Below are positions 33,700 to 36,614 of a DNA stretch of 36,614 bases, piece by piece. The translations under genes and the position numbers were made by a program. The notes below the pieces were generated by a model, which saw only the letters and a list, made by a program, of their open reading frames with translations, was not told the origin of the DNA and did no database searches. Every line of letters starts with the position of its first letter. Position 1 is the stretch's first letter. Location: assembly GCF_001194135.2 (NCBI RefSeq), contig NC_069002.1, positions 18,127,927 to 18,164,540 of the forward strand, in the 5' to 3' direction. Origin of the DNA: Octopus bimaculoides (lineage: Eukaryota).

Positions 33700-33885
33700 T
33701 ATTATTTGTACCTTAAGAATGCATTGCATAACTTATGTTTTCAATTAAGGATTAGGTCACTCCATTCATTCAGGCAATCACTGTATTGCATAATAATCTC
33801 TGCAATGCAGAGATCACATTTGTTGTTATAACCATTATACAGTTTGGCATGGGTAATGATGGACCATTTTAAGTTGTATAGAACT
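33700..33885 (-). mobile_element. Penelope-like element GIY-YIG C-terminal remnant
   Basis: manual minus-strand translation KWSIITHAKLYNGYNNKCDLCIAEIIMQYSDCLNEWSDLI (not in the ORF track); the adjacent aaggtacaaataat is shared with about 32068. Confidence 0.7.
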
Positions 33886-34419
33886 TTGTTTTGTTTTATC
33901 TATGATCCACCTCTCCATCTTTAAAGGTTCTTTTTGGTTTGAACTGGGCTATACAACAATCTTAAGAATAAAAATCAAAATCAAATAAAATGACCTTATC
34001 TTAGAAGTCAGGTCATGCTGCTATTCGAAGAATGAAAATAAAAATTGAATAAATTAACCTTGTCTCAGAAGTCAGAACATGTTATCAAGATCTTACCCCT
34101 TGTTTTATATCTCCCCACTCACCTCCATTATCTTTTAAGGTCTTTTGTCTAGAACTCTGTCATCTAGTTTGAAAGATTATAAATAAAATAAAATAACCTT
34201 ATCCTTTAGAAGTTATATTGTTATACCCTATCCTCTAATCTTCCTACTGCTATAAATGCTCTCCACCACCCTTCATGTATCCATAATGTTTTTCCTATAT
34301 TAACTACTAACTCGAGCAAGCGAATTCATTCTTTTGATTGTTACTGGTCAGGGAATCATGAAGTGGTACAAACTGGTGATTTTTGGAATGTTTTTTTTAA
34401 AATATATAATTTGTGTATG

Positions 34420-34504
34420 TTCACCTGATGAAACGGTTTTATTTTTGCATGATGTAATATCTCTATTCATCAATAAAAATTTTATTAGAAACAACTGTAG
34501 TGAA
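34420..34504 (+). ncRNA. candidate type I hammerhead ribozyme D with intact catalytic core
   Basis: TTCAC CTGATGA [long stem II, TTTTATT/AATAAAA and ATGA/TCAT] GAAAC AACT GT A GTGAA; base of stem II is imperfect. Confidence 0.6.
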
Positions 34505-34807
34505 TGAATCATTATCCATCTGTTATTATTTATTTATTGTTCGCCTATTAGTATTGACCTGAAGTTGATTAAGCGCAATACAATTGTTGCAGTGTGTGTT
34601 CCTAAATACAACCTTGAGACTCATAATATACTTAGTTGGGTGCAGTTAATTGTATATACAACTGGAATAATAATCTGTCTGTAATTCAGTATGCAGGTAT
34701 TTATTCCTCTGATTTCATAGTAAATGTGATTTCTTTCTTTTTGACCTGACCTGGTGCTTTACCATTTAAGTACCTTATTCACTTGAGCCTGAACTTTTAT
34801 ATATATA

Positions 34808-35176
34808 CTAGCAGAGGCACCTGGCATTGCCCGGGAATGAAATTATTCTTAATATACTGGAAGAAAAAAGCAAAATATGTTGTATAGAAATGTTTTATTC
34901 TAAATTCAATTTATTCTTCAATTGGGAAATCAATTCTGAATTCATAATACAAAATAATAATAATAATCCTTTCTACTGGAAGTGCAAGGCCTCAAATTTA
35001 GGTGAAAGGATTAAGTCATTTACATCGACCCCAGTGCATAACTGGTATTTTATTGCCTCCCCCCCAAAAAAAAATAAGATGAAAGGCAAAGTCAACCTTG
35101 GTGGAATTTGAACTCAGAACATAAAGAAGGATGAAATACCACTAAGCATTTCACCCAGCATGCTAACAATTCTGCC

Positions 35177-35219
<43 letters not shown>

Positions 35220-36330
35220 TAATAATAATAATCTTTTCTACTCTAGGCATAAGGTCTGAAATTTTTTTTTGGTGGGGGGGCAGTCAATTAGATCAACCCC
35301 AGTATGCAACTGGTACTTAATTTATTGACCTGAAAGGATGAAAGGCAAAGTCGACCTCAGTGGAATTTGAACTTAGAATGTAAAGACAGACAAAATACCG
35401 CTAAGCATTTCACCTGGTGTGCTGTTTCTGCCAGCTCACTGCCTTGTCCCATTGCATAATTTAGAGGATCTAAATTTCTTAGTAGCATTATTAGGACTCC
35501 TACCTTCAGAAAAAGTTTATGTGGAGGAGTTCCAGGTGGCTCAAGAGAATTGAGGAACTCTGTTGGGTAATGGACAGCTTGATTTTCATCAAGGACTGAA
35601 TCAACTGATTTGTACTCCTTAATGACTGTTGGAATCTTATTCATTAATTCATGGTTAATCCTTGATACTGTCTCATTTTTTGGAGCAAGAATTGCCCTTT
35701 CACACAACCAATTATGTGAATTATAATTATTACTCAAGTCTGGAAATACCCTGTTCTTCAGTTCAGTCAAAGGATTCACCATGATAGTAATATGAACCAA
35801 ATCGATATCACCATTCCCATCAAATGGTACTTTCTCATTCTTAATTGGAGAAACCAGGTTGAAAACTATTTTGCATATTGGTTTCCATGTAATAAAGCTG
35901 GTACATTAGTATTGAAGGAAAATTTCTGTACTTTATTCCATAGGTGTGAAGACTTAATGCATGCTTTTATTTCATCAGATCTTGTTTGTCTCAGAACGAC
36001 TAGTAATGTCTATCTGAAGTCTCCTGATAAAACTAATGTAACTCCTCCCATAGATTCATTGTTGCCTCTTAGGTGTCCTGTAAGGTCTTTTCAAATGCTT
36101 CCATTGCACCTCTATGTGTCATGGTGTATTCGTCTCAAATGATAAGGTGGCATTGGCACAACGCTTCTGCTGAACCTGAATCTTTGCTTATGTTACAAAA
36201 TGGACTGTCATTTGTGACCAGGTTTAATGGTAATTTAAAAGCAGAATGAGCTGTTTGTTCTCCTGGGAGAATGGTGGCAGCAAAGCCAGACAATGGTACA
36301 GCAGCTGCAATTCTTTTTTGTTGCCTTGCC
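34808..36330 (-). mobile_element. Helitron 3' portion: Pif1-like helicase pseudogene (about 35440-36330) and 3' terminus
   Basis: AATILPGEQTAHSAFKLPL, IIWDEYTM, SGDFR, ILAPKN, YPTEFLNSLEPPG.PPH.L.LKVG..IMLLRNL, LCNGTR; minus-strand terminal hairpin CCCGGGCAATGCCAGG (34820-34835) then CTAG (34808-34811) followed by T. Confidence 0.88.
34973..35435 (-). mobile_element. two tandem SINE copies (Meta-like core) separated by (TAA)n, inserted in the Helitron
   Basis: both are reverse complements of the 28855-29083 family (about 34973-35176 and 35235-35435). Confidence 0.8.
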
Positions 36331-36513
36331 TTGGAGAGAAGAAAGAAAGAAAGAAAGAAAATTCCTCTGCATTTTTTCTGGTGATTGTGTAACACCACAT
36401 GCAAGCACACACACACACTGACACATATACATACAGTATCAAACATCAGATGAAATGGATGTGTGTGTGTGTGTGTGAGAGAGAGAGGATGTGCCACTTA
36501 GACTTCACTGTCT

Positions 36514-36551
<38 letters not shown>

Positions 36552-36614
36552 TACATACAAAAAAGATGTACGCATATGTATTTATGTATGTATGTATACA
36601 TGACAACACACCCC

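Noticed and set aside
36330-36614. N-terminal part of ORF 36135..36497
   Set aside because: Only the part from about 36330 downward is Helitron helicase; the rest is translated (GAAA)n, (CA)n and (CT)n repeat.

Overview
This is AT-rich, microsatellite-rich animal genomic DNA with two assembly gaps (20812-21483, 22011-22783). The SINE/LINE/microsatellite landscape looks like a coleoid cephalopod, most likely Octopus (inference). One host gene is supported: the 3' 13 coding exons of an IQCE (IQ motif containing E) ortholog on the + strand (2378-30655). All of its introns are GT-AG with consistent phases, giving 435 aa including three IQ-like motifs, and the 5' exons lie upstream of the window. 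The introns and 3' flank hold decayed mobile DNA: R4/Dong-like and RTE LINE fragments, three Penelope-like (PLE) remnants with a C-terminal GIY-YIG domain, two mariner elements, a Helitron 3' part, MITEs and several SINE families. The most interesting signal is a set of type I hammerhead-ribozyme folds with unusually long stem II. Three related copies (12527-12618 +, 18067-18148 -, 18442-18526 +) show compensatory base-pair changes, and two unrelated candidates lie at 34420-34504 + and 6350-6400 -. Most sit next to (TA)n tracts or PLE remnants, and two point outward in a ~900-bp foldback. Each copy carries a lesion, so activity is a prediction for the consensus and is not shown. The pre-mRNA also carries at least six long inverted repeats. 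All family assignments come from motif recognition by eye; no database search was run.
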